64,000 nt of DNA from Pseudomonadota bacterium (GTDB lineage Bacteria > Pseudomonadota > Alphaproteobacteria > Caulobacterales > Parvularculaceae), in the NCBI GenBank assembly GCA_039819545.1, contig JBCBRS010000014.1, positions 5,043-69,042 on the forward strand, given 5' to 3'. The notes below the pieces were generated by a model. The model saw only the letters and a list, made by a program, of their open reading frames with translations, searched no databases and had not been told where the DNA came from. Positions 34,084-44,742 of the stretch are shown here, piece after piece (positions within the stretch are counted from its first letter, which is position 1; each line of letters starts with the position of its first letter). The position numbers and the translations under genes were made by a program.

Positions 34084-34611
34084 TTAGGTCTGCAATGCGC
34101 CCGCCACCGCGCCTTCAATGGCATCGTTGGAGGGCACTTCTTCGATCAGGGTTTCAACCACGCTGCGCGTTGTTTGCGTTGCGGCTTCCCGCACTTTTTC
34201 CGCCGCGCTGCCACGCATGTCGGCGATGCGTTTCTCCGCATTTGCGACCTTGGTGGCTAATTCCGCCTCCATGGACGATTGCAGGTCCGCGATCTCGTCA
34301 TTGATGGCATTGCGGGTTTCCCCTGCGATGGTCTGGGCCTTGGCCCGCGCCTCGCTCAGGGCTTCTTCGTAACCCGCTTGCGCCTCTTCAGCTTCAAGGC
34401 GAAACTCCGCCGCCCGATCAAGGTCGTCCGCAATTCGGTCTTTGCGTTCTTCAATAATCCCGCCGAGCCGCGGCAGAATATTGCTGCTCATTTGCCAGAA
34501 TAGGATCGCAAAGGTCACGGCAAGCCAGAAAAGCTGGCTTGAATAGGTCGATACGTCCATTTGCGGAAGACCGCCGCTGGAGGCATCTTTTACCTCGTCG
34601 GCAATGATCAT
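34084..34611 (-). CDS. F0F1 ATP synthase subunit b'
   Basis: GGLPQMDVSTYSSQLFWLAVTFAILF is the typical b' N-terminus. Start taken at MIIADE; the ORF-track start at 34680 is an alternative. Confidence 0.8.
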   Translation of the reverse strand: MIIADEVKDASSGGLPQMDVSTYSSQLFWLAVTFAILFWQMSSNILPRLGGIIEERKDRIADDLDRAAEFRLEAEEAQAGYEEALSEARAKAQTIAGETRNAINDEIADLQSSMEAELATKVANAEKRIADMRGSAAEKVREAATQTTRSVVETLIEEVPSNDAIEGAVAGALQT

Positions 34612-34689
34612 CAAGGTTGGAATAATCTGACCGGACAAACCTGGCTCCTGTGGCGGAAAAGTAGCGCGCGCGGTGGGCAAGCGGTGGTT

Positions 34690-34917
34690 CTAAAAGACCA
34701 CCAGAATGAGGATTGAAATCACGAAGCCGAGGAGGCCTGTAAATTCGGTCAGGGCAAAGGCCAGCAGCAGTGTTTGTTGGTTTGCCGCTGCCGCCGACGG
34801 ATTGCGGAAGGCGCCGGAAAGAAAGTTACCAAAGATAATGCCAAGGCCAATGGCGGCACCGGCGAGGGGGAGGGAGGCAATACCCGCGCCGATATATTTT
34901 GCTGCATCTGCTTCCAT
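34690..34917 (-). CDS. atpE: F0F1 ATP synthase subunit c (75 aa)
   Basis: MEADAAKYIGAGIA...GNFLSGAFRNPSAA...LAFALTEFTGLLGFVI, with the conserved carboxylate in the second helix. Confidence 0.9.
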   Translation of the reverse strand: MEADAAKYIGAGIASLPLAGAAIGLGIIFGNFLSGAFRNPSAAAANQQTLLLAFALTEFTGLLGFVISILILVVF

Positions 34918-35069
34918 TTTTATAACTCCTGCGTTTTTTGGAAAGGGCGGAAAAAACCCGCGCGCTCTTGTTTGGCGGTTCGAGTGCAATGGGCCTTGTG
35001 AAATGTCAATAGGGGCTTGTGGTGTGGTCCTGATCAATGGTCTCGCGCTCTGTTAAGGACACGCGGGTT

Positions 35070-35852
35070 TTAGTGGGCATCGGCATGTTCCGCATCATTG
35101 AGATACATGCAGGTCAGGATCGCAAAGACGTAGGCCTGTAGAAACGCAACCAGGAATTCCAGCATCATGACGGCCACGATTCCCAGCATCGGAATCACCG
35201 ATAGTGCTTTCAAAAACGCCCCGGCGCCCAAAAGGGAGACCACAAAGCCAGCGAATACTTTCAGGATGATGTGTCCCGCAAACATGTTGGCGAAAAGCCG
35301 AATGCCAAGGCTCAACGGCCGCGAAAGAAACGAGATAAATTCAATCAAGACGATCAAGGGCAATAGCCATACCGGTACGCCAGATGGCACGAACAGTTTG
35401 AAAAACCCAAAACCGTTTTTGAAAAGCCCGTAAATGATCACAATGCTGATGGTCAGCATGGCCATGGCAAGGGTCACAACAATATGGCTGGTGGGGGTGA
35501 AGGTATGGAAACTGTGAGGCAGGCCCGGAATGGAGGGCAGGAGCCCAAAGAAATTGTTCAGCAGAATGAAGATGAAGAGCGTGAAAACGTAGGGAAAAAA
35601 CTTCATGCCTTCGGGGCCAATGGCATCGCGCACCATATTCGCCACGAATTCATAGAGAACCTCGGCCACCGATTGCGCCCGCCCGGGGATCAGCGCGCGT
35701 CCGCGCGTCGCCAAAAAGAAAAAGACCAGCGCCGCGCCCATGGAAATCACCATCCAGAGCGATGAGTTGGTGAACGAGATATCAAATCCGAAAAGCTCCA
35801 GGGTTGAAATCGGGATGATTTTGAACTGTTCCATGGGATCAGCGGCAGCCAT
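35070..35852 (-). CDS. atpB: F0F1 ATP synthase subunit a
   Basis: DPMEQFKIIPI at the N-terminus and LSLGIRLFANMFAGH with the essential Arg. The ORF-track start at 35930 is an alternative. Confidence 0.9.
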   Translation of the reverse strand: MAAADPMEQFKIIPISTLELFGFDISFTNSSLWMVISMGAALVFFFLATRGRALIPGRAQSVAEVLYEFVANMVRDAIGPEGMKFFPYVFTLFIFILLNNFFGLLPSIPGLPHSFHTFTPTSHIVVTLAMAMLTISIVIIYGLFKNGFGFFKLFVPSGVPVWLLPLIVLIEFISFLSRPLSLGIRLFANMFAGHIILKVFAGFVVSLLGAGAFLKALSVIPMLGIVAVMMLEFLVAFLQAYVFAILTCMYLNDAEHADAH

Positions 35853-36073
35853 TATGGTGCCCGGTTGTGAAAACCAGCCTGTGATGACCGATAAGAGAGC
35901 CGTCAGGGCGTCGGTATGATCAAACGACATGTGTCAATCCGTCCAGAGTGCCGAGGGCCCGGTGTCCGCATCGTCGCAAGAAAAAGATCGAACCCCAATT
36001 CACCGTGATCAACGAAAGATCGGTTTCGGGGGCCGCCGCGGCGATAACGTGTGTAAACCCTGTGAGCGCGTGT

Positions 36074-36451
36074 TTAGTCTTCTGTTTCATGCGTTGGTGC
36101 TCTTGCCGAAGAGGGTGCTTGCGGCGGCGCCGACTCAGCAGACATCTTCTTCATGAGCCGCAGCACATTCATGAATGCCGCTGCCATACCCAGCGCCAAG
36201 CCAATTAGCAAGAACAACGGCGTGCGGCTCGTCAACAAATCGACACCATAGCCGAGCGCCCCGCCCACGAGGAGCGCGGCAATCAATTCCGATGCCAGCT
36301 TGATGCCGAGCCCCATGGCCTGGCCGCGGGCCTTCTGGGCTGCCGCTGCGTCGGCGCCGTCGCGATCCGCGCGGGCCTCGTCCAGCCGTTTGGCAAAGTC
36401 GTTAAAGGCTGCGTCGCCCTGATCTGACGCTTTGTCATTGTCTGGTGTCAT
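36074..36451 (-). CDS. atpI: ATP synthase protein I (AtpI/AtpZ-like)
   Basis: Small 2-TM protein (ELIAALLVGGALGYGVD, LFLLIGLALGMAAAFMNV) immediately upstream of atpB. Confidence 0.7.
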   Translation of the reverse strand: MTPDNDKASDQGDAAFNDFAKRLDEARADRDGADAAAAQKARGQAMGLGIKLASELIAALLVGGALGYGVDLLTSRTPLFLLIGLALGMAAAFMNVLRLMKKMSAESAPPQAPSSARAPTHETED

Positions 36452-36500
36452 GACGGGTCTCCGGGCGCGGTGATTCGCCTTTTTTCGGGTCAGTGCGAAG

Positions 36501-37064
36501 TTAATCGGCGCGTTTTACAAATTCGAGGGTTTCGGTGTGCACGACAATTTTGTCGCCAACGCTCACATAAGGCGGCACCATGACGCGCAGGCCATTATCA
36601 ACGGTTGACGGCTTGTAGGACGAAGAGGCTGTCTGACCCTTTACCGTCGGCTCAGTTTCGGCAATTTCCACGGTCACATGCTCGGGCAGCGTAACACCGA
36701 TGGCGCGGCCCTCGTGCATTTCCACCACAACCTGCATGCCATCCTGCAAAAAGGCACGGCGTTCACCGATCATGTCGGTGGGGATATTTGTCTGCTCAAA
36801 GGTTTCCGCGTCCATGAAGACAAGCATGTCGCCTTCGTTGTAGAGAAAGGTGAAGTCTTTTTGCTCAAGACGCACGCGCTCCACGGTCTCGGATGCGCGG
36901 AAGCGCTCATTGAGTTTTCGCCCGTCCAGCAGATTTTTGAGCTCAACCTGCGCATAGGCTGGCCCTTTTCCGGGTTTGACGGCACCGGTCTTGACCGCAA
37001 CCCAAAGGCTGTCCTGATGCTGAATAACGTTGCCCACGCGGATTTCATTACCGTTGATTTTCAT
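36501..37064 (-). CDS. efp: Elongation factor P (187 aa; PGKGP-loop type)
   Basis: [14 protein letters not shown]...[17 protein letters not shown]. The 52-aa N-terminal extension in the ORF track was rejected. Confidence 0.9.
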   Translation of the reverse strand: MKINGNEIRVGNVIQHQDSLWVAVKTGAVKPGKGPAYAQVELKNLLDGRKLNERFRASETVERVRLEQKDFTFLYNEGDMLVFMDAETFEQTNIPTDMIGERRAFLQDGMQVVVEMHEGRAIGVTLPEHVTVEIAETEPTVKGQTASSSYKPSTVDNGLRVMVPPYVSVGDKIVVHTETLEFVKRAD

Positions 37065-37167
37065 GGCCCGCTTGTCCTTTTTTGTATGCGCTGCGGTGTG
37101 CGGCGCGAGGGGTAGCAGGCTGCAGGCAAACTCGCAATGTCCGCTTGGAGGGCCGGGCACTGTTCTC

Positions 37168-38127
37168 TTAGCTGTCAGCGAGGCGTTTGCGGAAATAGGC
37201 GATCGTTTCTTTGAGCCCATCCTCCAGCGTTACCGTGGGCGACCAGTCGAGGGCTGATTTTGCAAGGCTGATATCGGGCTGGCGCTGGCGCGGGTCATCC
37301 TGGGGCAGGGGCTTGAAGGTAATTTTCGACGTTGTTTCCGTCAGGGTAATGACTTTTTCTGCAAGCTCCAGCATGGTAAACTCTGATGGATTGCCAAGGT
37401 TAATCGGGCCCGTGACGCTGGCATCTGACGCCATCAAACGGATAAAGCCCTCAACCAGATCGTCCACGTAACAAAAAGATCGGGTCTGCTCGCCGGAGCC
37501 ATAAATCGTAATGTCTTTGCCAGTGAGCGCCTGTACGATGAAATTCGAAACAACGCGGCCGTCATTGGGGTGCATATGCGGGCCATAAGTGTTGAAGATG
37601 CGCGCAACTTTTACCTCCAAACCATGCTGGCGATGATAGTCAAAGAACAGGGTCTCGGCACAGCGTTTGCCCTCGTCATAGCATGACCGGGGTCCGATCG
37701 GGTTGACCCTGCCCCAATAATCCTCTGTTTGCGGATGAACTTCCGGATCACCATAGACTTCGGATGTGGAGGCCTGAAAAATGCGCGCGCCAGTGCGCTT
37801 GGCAAGGCCCAGCATATTGATCGCACCATGAACACTGGTCTTGGTAGTTTGCACCGGATCATATTGATAATGAATTGGCGACGCCGGACAAGCAAGATTG
37901 TAAATCTGATCAACCTCAATATAAAGCGGAAAAGTCACATCATGACGGATGGCTTCAAAGTTGCGGTGGCCCACAAGGCTCGCAATATTCGATTTTGTTC
38001 CGGTAAAATAATTATCCGCACAGATCACAGTTTTCCCAGCATCGAGGAGCCGGGCACATAAATGCGAGCCAATAAAGCCGGCCCCACCGGATACGAGAAT
38101 TTGCTCATCTTCCATGGCGTGTGTCAT
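37168..38127 (-). CDS. UDP-glucuronate decarboxylase (UDP-xylose synthase), extended SDR family
   Basis: [38 protein letters not shown] and GRVVSNFI follow the UXS pattern. Confidence 0.8.
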   Translation of the reverse strand: MTHAMEDEQILVSGGAGFIGSHLCARLLDAGKTVICADNYFTGTKSNIASLVGHRNFEAIRHDVTFPLYIEVDQIYNLACPASPIHYQYDPVQTTKTSVHGAINMLGLAKRTGARIFQASTSEVYGDPEVHPQTEDYWGRVNPIGPRSCYDEGKRCAETLFFDYHRQHGLEVKVARIFNTYGPHMHPNDGRVVSNFIVQALTGKDITIYGSGEQTRSFCYVDDLVEGFIRLMASDASVTGPINLGNPSEFTMLELAEKVITLTETTSKITFKPLPQDDPRQRQPDISLAKSALDWSPTVTLEDGLKETIAYFRKRLADS

Positions 38128-38151
38128 CCTTTTATCTTTCGCGTGTTTGTC

Positions 38152-39207
38152 TCAATCCGCCAGAGCGGCGGCGAGTTTTGCGGCATAGTCCGGCGCGATC
38201 GTCCATTCAAATGCGTGAGGCAAGGCGGGCGCCGGAGTTTCAAACACATGCATTTCATAAGCGTGGTTCGCGCTTCGCGCGATATCCAAAAAGCACGGAT
38301 TCAGATGGGCGGCCGGCGCCAGTTCGATAATCCGTGTGCCGGGAGCGGCAAAAATGATATTTGCAAGACCTGCGCCGTGGGGAGCGACAATCGTTTCTGC
38401 GCCTCGAAACAAGGCAATTTGTGTTTCAAGCGCTGTGCCCTCAAGCGTCAGGCTTTCAAAACCGGCCGCCTCGAAAGCGGCTTCGATTTCCGCTTCATTA
38501 GCAAGACGCCGCCGGGCCGTATCGCGCCGGGAGATGTAGAGCTTTCGCGGTGTAGGCGCAGGGGCGCGAGGAACTTGCGCTGACAGATGCTGTGCGTAAG
38601 CGCGCAACAGTGGACCAGAACGCGTGGCAAGACGCGTGTAGGCCGTCTCCAACAGGATCGCCTGGTTGACGGCAAACGTTGTCTCAGCGGGTAGCGTTAG
38701 CGGGACGGGGACCCCGATGAGTGCCAGCAGGCGTTGATAATTTGATGGCAAAGGCGGCATTACGAGGTGCGCCAGCCAGTCGGGCCGCTCGCGCGCGAGT
38801 AGCCAGAGGGATACCCCGGTCTGGATCAAGAAATGGTAGTAATTTGCCCATTTCACATTGTGGACAATCGCGGCGGTGTTCCCCACAGACCGATGAGCAG
38901 TCAGCGTGCCCGTGGGTATCGGGTTTGCGTCGCGGTGGAATGCACGGTTCAGATAGAGCGTCTCGTTTACCGGCCGATTGTTGGTGTTGGTAACCAGCCC
39001 GGTACCAAGATGAACATTGGCATCATCGATCAAGATCGCATCTAGGGTACGCGCCGGATAATGCGACTTGATCTTTAGCCGGGACCGATCAATCGATCCC
39101 ACTTCCATAATAGTCGGCGGCGAAAAGGTCTGTGCCGGGAGGGAATACAGGGGATGCCGGTTCATAATCGGGGCCCCTGAAGGGCCAGACGCGTGGCGCC
39201 CATCCAC
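38152..39207 (-). CDS. Glycosyltransferase family 61 / DUF563 protein
   Basis: The C-terminal LFRGAETIVAPHGAGLANIIFAAPGTRIIEL is the characteristic GT61/DUF563 segment. An internal start at 39165 is possible. Confidence 0.65.
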   Translation of the reverse strand: MDGRHASGPSGAPIMNRHPLYSLPAQTFSPPTIMEVGSIDRSRLKIKSHYPARTLDAILIDDANVHLGTGLVTNTNNRPVNETLYLNRAFHRDANPIPTGTLTAHRSVGNTAAIVHNVKWANYYHFLIQTGVSLWLLARERPDWLAHLVMPPLPSNYQRLLALIGVPVPLTLPAETTFAVNQAILLETAYTRLATRSGPLLRAYAQHLSAQVPRAPAPTPRKLYISRRDTARRRLANEAEIEAAFEAAGFESLTLEGTALETQIALFRGAETIVAPHGAGLANIIFAAPGTRIIELAPAAHLNPCFLDIARSANHAYEMHVFETPAPALPHAFEWTIAPDYAAKLAAALAD

Positions 39208-40565
39208 TATTGTGCGCTCTTATATAAAACGCCGTCTTTCATCACGAAACTCACGGTCTCCAACAGAGAAACATCCGAAAGTGGATCACCCATGACACCA
39301 ATAATGTCGGCGCGAAAGCCCGGCGCCAACTGGCCCAATTCCTTTTCCCGGCCCAAAGCCTCCGCCGCCAAAGAGGTGGCAGCCCGAAGCGCCTGCGCCG
39401 GCGTCATGCCAAATCGCACCATTCGCGAGAGTTGCATGGCGTTATCCCCGTGGGGAAAGATCGCCGCGTCCGTACCCAGAATAACTTTTGCGCCCGCCTT
39501 TACCGCCTTGGTGAAGCTTTGCCGCTGGATGGTGCCGACTTCGCGCTCTTTATTAAGGGATTCCTCGGAGACGCCGTTTTCTTCCCCTTTGCTCAAGGTA
39601 TATTCGGTATTGAAGATATCCATCGAAAGGAAAGCACCGTTCTTTTTAGCCATGCGGATCGCTTCATCGTCGAGGAAGCTCGCATGTTCAATCGTGTCGA
39701 TACCTGCTTTGAGGGCGTTTTTGATCCCCACAGTCCCGTGGGCATGGGCGGCAACTTTGAGGCCGCGCATATGGGCTTCGTCAGCAATTGCTTTGAGTTC
39801 CTCAACGGTGCCCTGTGGCGCACCCAGCAGGGTCCCGCGGGAGAAGACACCGCCCGTGGAACAAGTTTTGATCAGGTCCACGCCATATTTGATATTCTTG
39901 CGCACCTGCGCGCGCATTTCCCATGGACCGGTGGCAACATTTTCACCCGTGCTTTGCGCTTCCGGCGGCGAGTAGGTATCATCCGAACAATGCCCGCCAA
40001 TGATACCCACGGGGGGCCCCGACACATACATGCGTGGCCCGTCGATCAAGCCATCATTGATTGCATCGCGTAAGGCCACATCGGTATACCGCGACGAACC
40101 CACATTTCTGACTGTCGTAAAGCCGGCCATCAGGGTCCTTCGTGCGTTGACGACACCATGAATGACCTCAAACTGTTCTGGCTGCGAATAATCACCGCGT
40201 TTAGGATTGCTGGTAAGGTGCACATGCATGTCGATAAGACCCGGCATCAGCGTCATACCAGGCGCCAGCGTGATCTCACGTGCGTCTGGCGGTGCTGGCA
40301 GGGTTGTGGTTGTTCCAATCGCCGCAATCCGTTCACCGCGGACGATGATCGCTGCATCGGGGACACGCACCCCATTGCGCACATCCACATAATGATCCGC
40401 AGTCAGATAAAGGGTAGGCGATGTATTGGCTTGGGAGGTATCTCCGTTCGATGCGTTTGACTGTGCGTGCACTGCCGGGCTGAAGGCAAAACCCGGCGTC
40501 GCTATCAGCACCGTGATGATCAAGGAAAAGGCCCCCAGGAGCCCGGGCAAGCATTTATTCACCAT
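39207..40565 (-). CDS. Secreted metal-dependent amidohydrolase
   Basis: Signal peptide [31 protein letters not shown] (HxH metal site), KVAAHAHG and VILGTDA. Confidence 0.8.
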   Translation of the reverse strand: MVNKCLPGLLGAFSLIITVLIATPGFAFSPAVHAQSNASNGDTSQANTSPTLYLTADHYVDVRNGVRVPDAAIIVRGERIAAIGTTTTLPAPPDAREITLAPGMTLMPGLIDMHVHLTSNPKRGDYSQPEQFEVIHGVVNARRTLMAGFTTVRNVGSSRYTDVALRDAINDGLIDGPRMYVSGPPVGIIGGHCSDDTYSPPEAQSTGENVATGPWEMRAQVRKNIKYGVDLIKTCSTGGVFSRGTLLGAPQGTVEELKAIADEAHMRGLKVAAHAHGTVGIKNALKAGIDTIEHASFLDDEAIRMAKKNGAFLSMDIFNTEYTLSKGEENGVSEESLNKEREVGTIQRQSFTKAVKAGAKVILGTDAAIFPHGDNAMQLSRMVRFGMTPAQALRAATSLAAEALGREKELGQLAPGFRADIIGVMGDPLSDVSLLETVSFVMKDGVLYKSAQ

Positions 40566-40764
40566 CGTTAAAATCCCCTATCTGATTTGTCTTTGCACGC
40601 TAGGACTTTGCGGCGGGAAATGCCAGCCAAACCACGCCGTGACTGGCCGTGGGCAGGGCCTTGGGGAGCGAAAATGGGCTTTCGCAAACCGGCCCAAAAA
40701 CACTTCCTTAACGCCGTTATCGTATCCCTCGGCAGGGGGGCAGGAAGAGGCGGGTTGCACGCGC

Positions 40765-43035
40765 ATGGTGATGGCAAAAGACAGAACAGCATCGGTCATT
40801 TCCGCTGCGGGCAATAATCAGTTTGCCCGGTACATTCTGATCACCATCTGGGCCGCAGGACTGGCGACCGTAGCCGGCCTTCAATTGACCCTTGTATGGT
40901 ACGCAGTTGCAGTGGGCATTGCGCTTTTCCGTACCCATTATGAACAACGCGCACAGGTCGCCCAATCCTACCCTGAATATCAGCTATTGATGGTCCGCCA
41001 GTTTCGCTCCCTGAGCTTTCTCTTCAAGCGCACCTATTTAATGATCGCTCTTATGACCACAATCGTGTGGTCAGTACCAATCTATATGAGCTACTTTTCC
41101 GGACATCCGGCAGGCTTCGCCTTGAGCCTGTGTTATATCGCCAGTGGCAGTGTGCTTGTTATTGCGCAATTCAAGGGTTTGCCGAAACACACATACTTGA
41201 TCCTGACGCCTTATGCTGGCGCACTCGCCTTTATGACGCTGAAAATGACCCGCGAGAGTGGCTCGCTCACCTATGTGGCAATCCTGATTGTCCTGAGTGT
41301 TGCGGCCTACCATGCGATCAATTTTAGCCGCCAGCTAGAAATCATGTTGCGTCAACAAGGCGAGGAACGTGAAAAGCTGATAGCGGAGTTGCGCCGGGCT
41401 CGGGAAAAGGCGATTCATGCTTCAGAAGCAAAATCCATGTTTTTAGCGAATATGAGTCATGAAATCCGTACCCCAATGAATGGTGTTTTGGGTATGGCTG
41501 AATTGATGCAACAGACCCGCCTCGACAATCGCCAGCGTATTTTCGCCGACACGATACACTCATCCGGCCTGTCACTCCTAACGATTATCAACGACATACT
41601 CGATTTTTCCAAGATTGAAGCTGGCAAGCTTGATCTGGAACGCGAGGCCTTTGACCTGCAAGAGGCAGTGGATAATGTAGGGACACTGATGGTTAGCCGT
41701 GCCCAAGAAAAGAAGCTCGAACTGATCGTGCGTGTTCAGCCCGGCTTGCCCACCCATGTGATTGGGGATGCGGGGCGGATCCGCCAGGTGATTATCAACC
41801 TGGTCTCAAACGCTATTAAATTCACCGACGAAGGTCATATTGTAATCAATGTATCGGGTGCGGAAAAATCGGAGACAGAACTCGCCCTGCGTATCGATGT
41901 CGCCGATACAGGTATTGGCATTAACGAAGATAAACTCGAAACGATTTTTGATGCCTTTAATCAAGCCGATGCTTCGACCACGCGCGAATATGGTGGGACG
42001 GGTCTGGGGCTTTCCATTTCTCAAAGCCTGATCCAAGCCATGGACGGGCAGATCGGCGTGACGTCCCAGCCTGGTGCTGGCGCGAATTTCTGGTTTGAAC
42101 TGACATTGCCCCGCGCTGCTGCGCCGGTATCCCAATCCCCGATTTCATTTGATGCAGCCGGTCGCCGGATTCTCGTTATTGACGACAATCCGGTCAATCG
42201 GCAGATCCTGGAGGAGCAATTGGCGTCCTGGGGTTTTGACCCACACTTAGCAATGAATGGGCCACAGGGAATTCGTTTCCTCGCCGATGCGCTGGCAAAA
42301 GATGCGCCTATCGATCTCGTTATCCTTGATTATCATATGCCTCAGATGGATGGGGAAGACGTTGCCCACGAAATCCGCAAAGATTATCGGTACAAAGACT
42401 TGCATATTCTCGCGCTGACATCCGTGGACAAGCCGGGGAACGCGCGTAAATTCCTTAATCTTGGCGTTCAGGGCTATCTGGTTAAACCCGTACGGGCGCA
42501 ATGCTTGTACGAAACCATGGTTGATATCTTCCGAAAAGCGGAAAATCCAATGACTGATCACCGTGAAAGTGAACAGGTAGAAGAAGATGCTGCGTTAACT
42601 GACGAAGCAATGTGTGCCAACCAGAAGGTCCAAATTCTGCTTGCAGAGGATAACGCGGTTAATCAACTGGTGGTCAAACATATGCTTGATCCCAATAGGT
42701 ATCAGTTGACCGTTGCCGCCAACGGTGTTGAAGCGACGGAAATTTTTCAGGCACGCCACCGTGACATCCACATGATCCTGATGGATGTTTCCATGCCGGA
42801 AATGGACGGGTACGCCGCAACGAAGGCAATTCGGGCCTATGAGGCGGAGACGAATCTAGCACCAACACCGATTATCTGTTTGTCTGCGCACGTGATGCAG
42901 AGCGATATCGATAAGAGCCTTGAGGCCGGGATGGATGATTATCTTGCCAAGCCTGTTAACAAAGAAAAACTCGTCAGTACCCTGTCACGCTGGCAGGACA
43001 GGATTTTCCAGGCACAGACCCGCAAGTCTGCCTAG
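40765..43035 (+). CDS. Hybrid sensor histidine kinase with an N-terminal multi-TM sensor and two receiver domains
   Basis: H-box [16 protein letters not shown]; N/G boxes [16 protein letters not shown] and GGTGLGLSI; receiver segments [12 protein letters not shown]...DYHMPQMDG and [11 protein letters not shown]...DVSMPEMDG. Start taken at the internal ATG at 40765. Confidence 0.85.
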   Translation: MVMAKDRTASVISAAGNNQFARYILITIWAAGLATVAGLQLTLVWYAVAVGIALFRTHYEQRAQVAQSYPEYQLLMVRQFRSLSFLFKRTYLMIALMTTIVWSVPIYMSYFSGHPAGFALSLCYIASGSVLVIAQFKGLPKHTYLILTPYAGALAFMTLKMTRESGSLTYVAILIVLSVAAYHAINFSRQLEIMLRQQGEEREKLIAELRRAREKAIHASEAKSMFLANMSHEIRTPMNGVLGMAELMQQTRLDNRQRIFADTIHSSGLSLLTIINDILDFSKIEAGKLDLEREAFDLQEAVDNVGTLMVSRAQEKKLELIVRVQPGLPTHVIGDAGRIRQVIINLVSNAIKFTDEGHIVINVSGAEKSETELALRIDVADTGIGINEDKLETIFDAFNQADASTTREYGGTGLGLSISQSLIQAMDGQIGVTSQPGAGANFWFELTLPRAAAPVSQSPISFDAAGRRILVIDDNPVNRQILEEQLASWGFDPHLAMNGPQGIRFLADALAKDAPIDLVILDYHMPQMDGEDVAHEIRKDYRYKDLHILALTSVDKPGNARKFLNLGVQGYLVKPVRAQCLYETMVDIFRKAENPMTDHRESEQVEEDAALTDEAMCANQKVQILLAEDNAVNQLVVKHMLDPNRYQLTVAANGVEATEIFQARHRDIHMILMDVSMPEMDGYAATKAIRAYEAETNLAPTPIICLSAHVMQSDIDKSLEAGMDDYLAKPVNKEKLVSTLSRWQDRIFQAQTRKSA

Positions 43036-43778
43036 GCGCCAAGGCGCTCCATATCCTCATCTGAGATATCAAAATTCGCATAGACATTTTGAACATCATC
43101 AAGATCGTCCAACGCCTCCATGAGGTTCATGATGCTCTCGGCTTTATCGCCCTCGACCGCAATCTGATTTTGCGGACGCCAGATCAGCTGCGCGGACTGA
43201 GCCGTGCCGTACGCTTCCTCCAGTTTATTGGCGACGTCCGACAGCTCGTCGGCGGCGCAGTAAATGATGTGCAATTCTTCAGAGGACTCCACATCATCTG
43301 CCCCCGCCTCTATCGCCGCGTCCAGAACGGCTTCTTCATCGTCAATCTCTGCGGGATATTCGATCGCGCCCATCTGGTCGAACATGAACGAGACCGAGCC
43401 GGTTTCCCCCAGATTTCCGCCGCGTTTTGAAAAGGTTGATCGTACCTCGCTGGCGGCCCGGTTCCGATTGTCCGTCAAAGTCTCCACAATGATACCGATC
43501 CCGCCGGGACCAAAACCTTCGTACCTGATCTCTTCAAGGATCGCCGCATCGGCGGCCGTGGATTTTTTCACCGCCCGATCAATATTGTCTTTGGGCATGG
43601 ACTGTGCCTTGGCGGCCTGAATGGCAAGGCGCAGTCGCGGGTTAAACTCTGGGTCCGGCGCACCCATTTTCGCGGCAACCGTGATTTCTTTGGAGAGCTT
43701 TGAAAATAGCTTAGAGCGTTTTGCATCCTGGCGCCCCTTACGGTGCTGGATATTTGCCCATTTGGAGTGGCCTGCCAT
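43032..43778 (-). CDS. YebC/PmpR-family DNA-binding regulator
   Basis: [37 protein letters not shown] is the canonical N-terminus. The upstream ORF-track extension was rejected. Confidence 0.9.
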   Translation of the reverse strand: MAGHSKWANIQHRKGRQDAKRSKLFSKLSKEITVAAKMGAPDPEFNPRLRLAIQAAKAQSMPKDNIDRAVKKSTAADAAILEEIRYEGFGPGGIGIIVETLTDNRNRAASEVRSTFSKRGGNLGETGSVSFMFDQMGAIEYPAEIDDEEAVLDAAIEAGADDVESSEELHIIYCAADELSDVANKLEEAYGTAQSAQLIWRPQNQIAVEGDKAESIMNLMEALDDLDDVQNVYANFDISDEDMERLGA

Positions 43779-43957
43779 TGAAATTCCTACGCGTTTTGGT
43801 CTGTTGAAAGCCGTGAGCGATTGCTCTAGCGCAGACAGGGCCGAAGATTCAAGATAGCGTGGGGCAAGATCGTATGGGCTTGCCGCTTGTGATGTTTCAG
43901 GCAGGGCGGCTTGCAAAAGTCCTGAAGGAGCCCCTGAAGGAACCCCTGGAGGAACCA

Positions 43958-44734
43958 TTGTCAGCCAGCACTCAAACGATCCTCATCACTGGTGCCTCGC
44001 GGGGCATAGGTGCAGCCATCGCCCGGGCTTGTGCGGCGGACGGCTACCGGTTGATTCTCCATGCCAGTGCTGAAAGCGCGCAAGCCACAGCGCTGATGGA
44101 TGCCCTTGACGGGGCACGGGCCGATTTTGTTTTCGAAGACCTTGCCACCGATGATGCGGGTACGCGTCTGGTAGAGCAGGCAAGCGCGCTCGCAGACGGA
44201 ACCCTCACCGCTATCGTGAATAATGCCGGGATTTACGAAGCCACACCGCTCACTGGCCCGGTCGATGATTGGCAACAGGGCTGGGCCCGAACCCTCGCGG
44301 TCAATGTACAGGCACCTGCTGATATTATCAGGGCCGGTGTTTCCATGCACCGGGGCCAATCTAGGGAACAGGGCGGGGATCAAACGCCGTTGCGGATCGT
44401 CAATATTGCGAGCCGGGCCGGCCATCGCGGCGACGGTATCGACCATGCGGGTTACGCCGCTTCAAAAGGCGCTGTGCTTGCCATGACCAAAAGCTGGGCC
44501 CGGGCGCTCGCTGGCGAGGGGATTGAGCTTTATGCCATCGCGCCTGGTTGGGTCGAAACACGGATGGCCCCGGCAGATATTGCGGCGCGCGAGAAAGCGG
44601 TGGCGGAAATTCCGTTGGGCCGCGTTGCGGCTCCCGAGGAGGTTGCCCGTGTCGCCCTATTCTTGTTGTCGGGCCATTGCCCCTCGGCGGTGGGGTCAAC
44701 GATTGATATCAATGGTGCCAGCTACGTTCGATAA
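43958..44734 (+). CDS. Short-chain dehydrogenase/reductase
   Basis: [15 protein letters not shown] (TGxxxGxG), NNAG and YAASKGAV (YxxxK). The TTG at 43958 has GGAGG 5 nt upstream. The ORF-track start at 43859 is an alternative. Confidence 0.8.
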   Translation: MSASTQTILITGASRGIGAAIARACAADGYRLILHASAESAQATALMDALDGARADFVFEDLATDDAGTRLVEQASALADGTLTAIVNNAGIYEATPLTGPVDDWQQGWARTLAVNVQAPADIIRAGVSMHRGQSREQGGDQTPLRIVNIASRAGHRGDGIDHAGYAASKGAVLAMTKSWARALAGEGIELYAIAPGWVETRMAPADIAAREKAVAEIPLGRVAAPEEVARVALFLLSGHCPSAVGSTIDINGASYVR

Positions 44735-44742
44735 CGGCCCAG

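Noticed and set aside
37065-37220. 52-aa N-terminal extension of efp, and similar extensions of yebC (43779..43958), gap (52722..52823), apt (30175..30201), atpE (34918..35037) and the HK at 40426..40764
   Set aside because: The canonical family N-termini ([34 protein letters not shown], etc.) begin at internal ATGs. The extensions are non-conserved-looking and overlap neighbouring genes.
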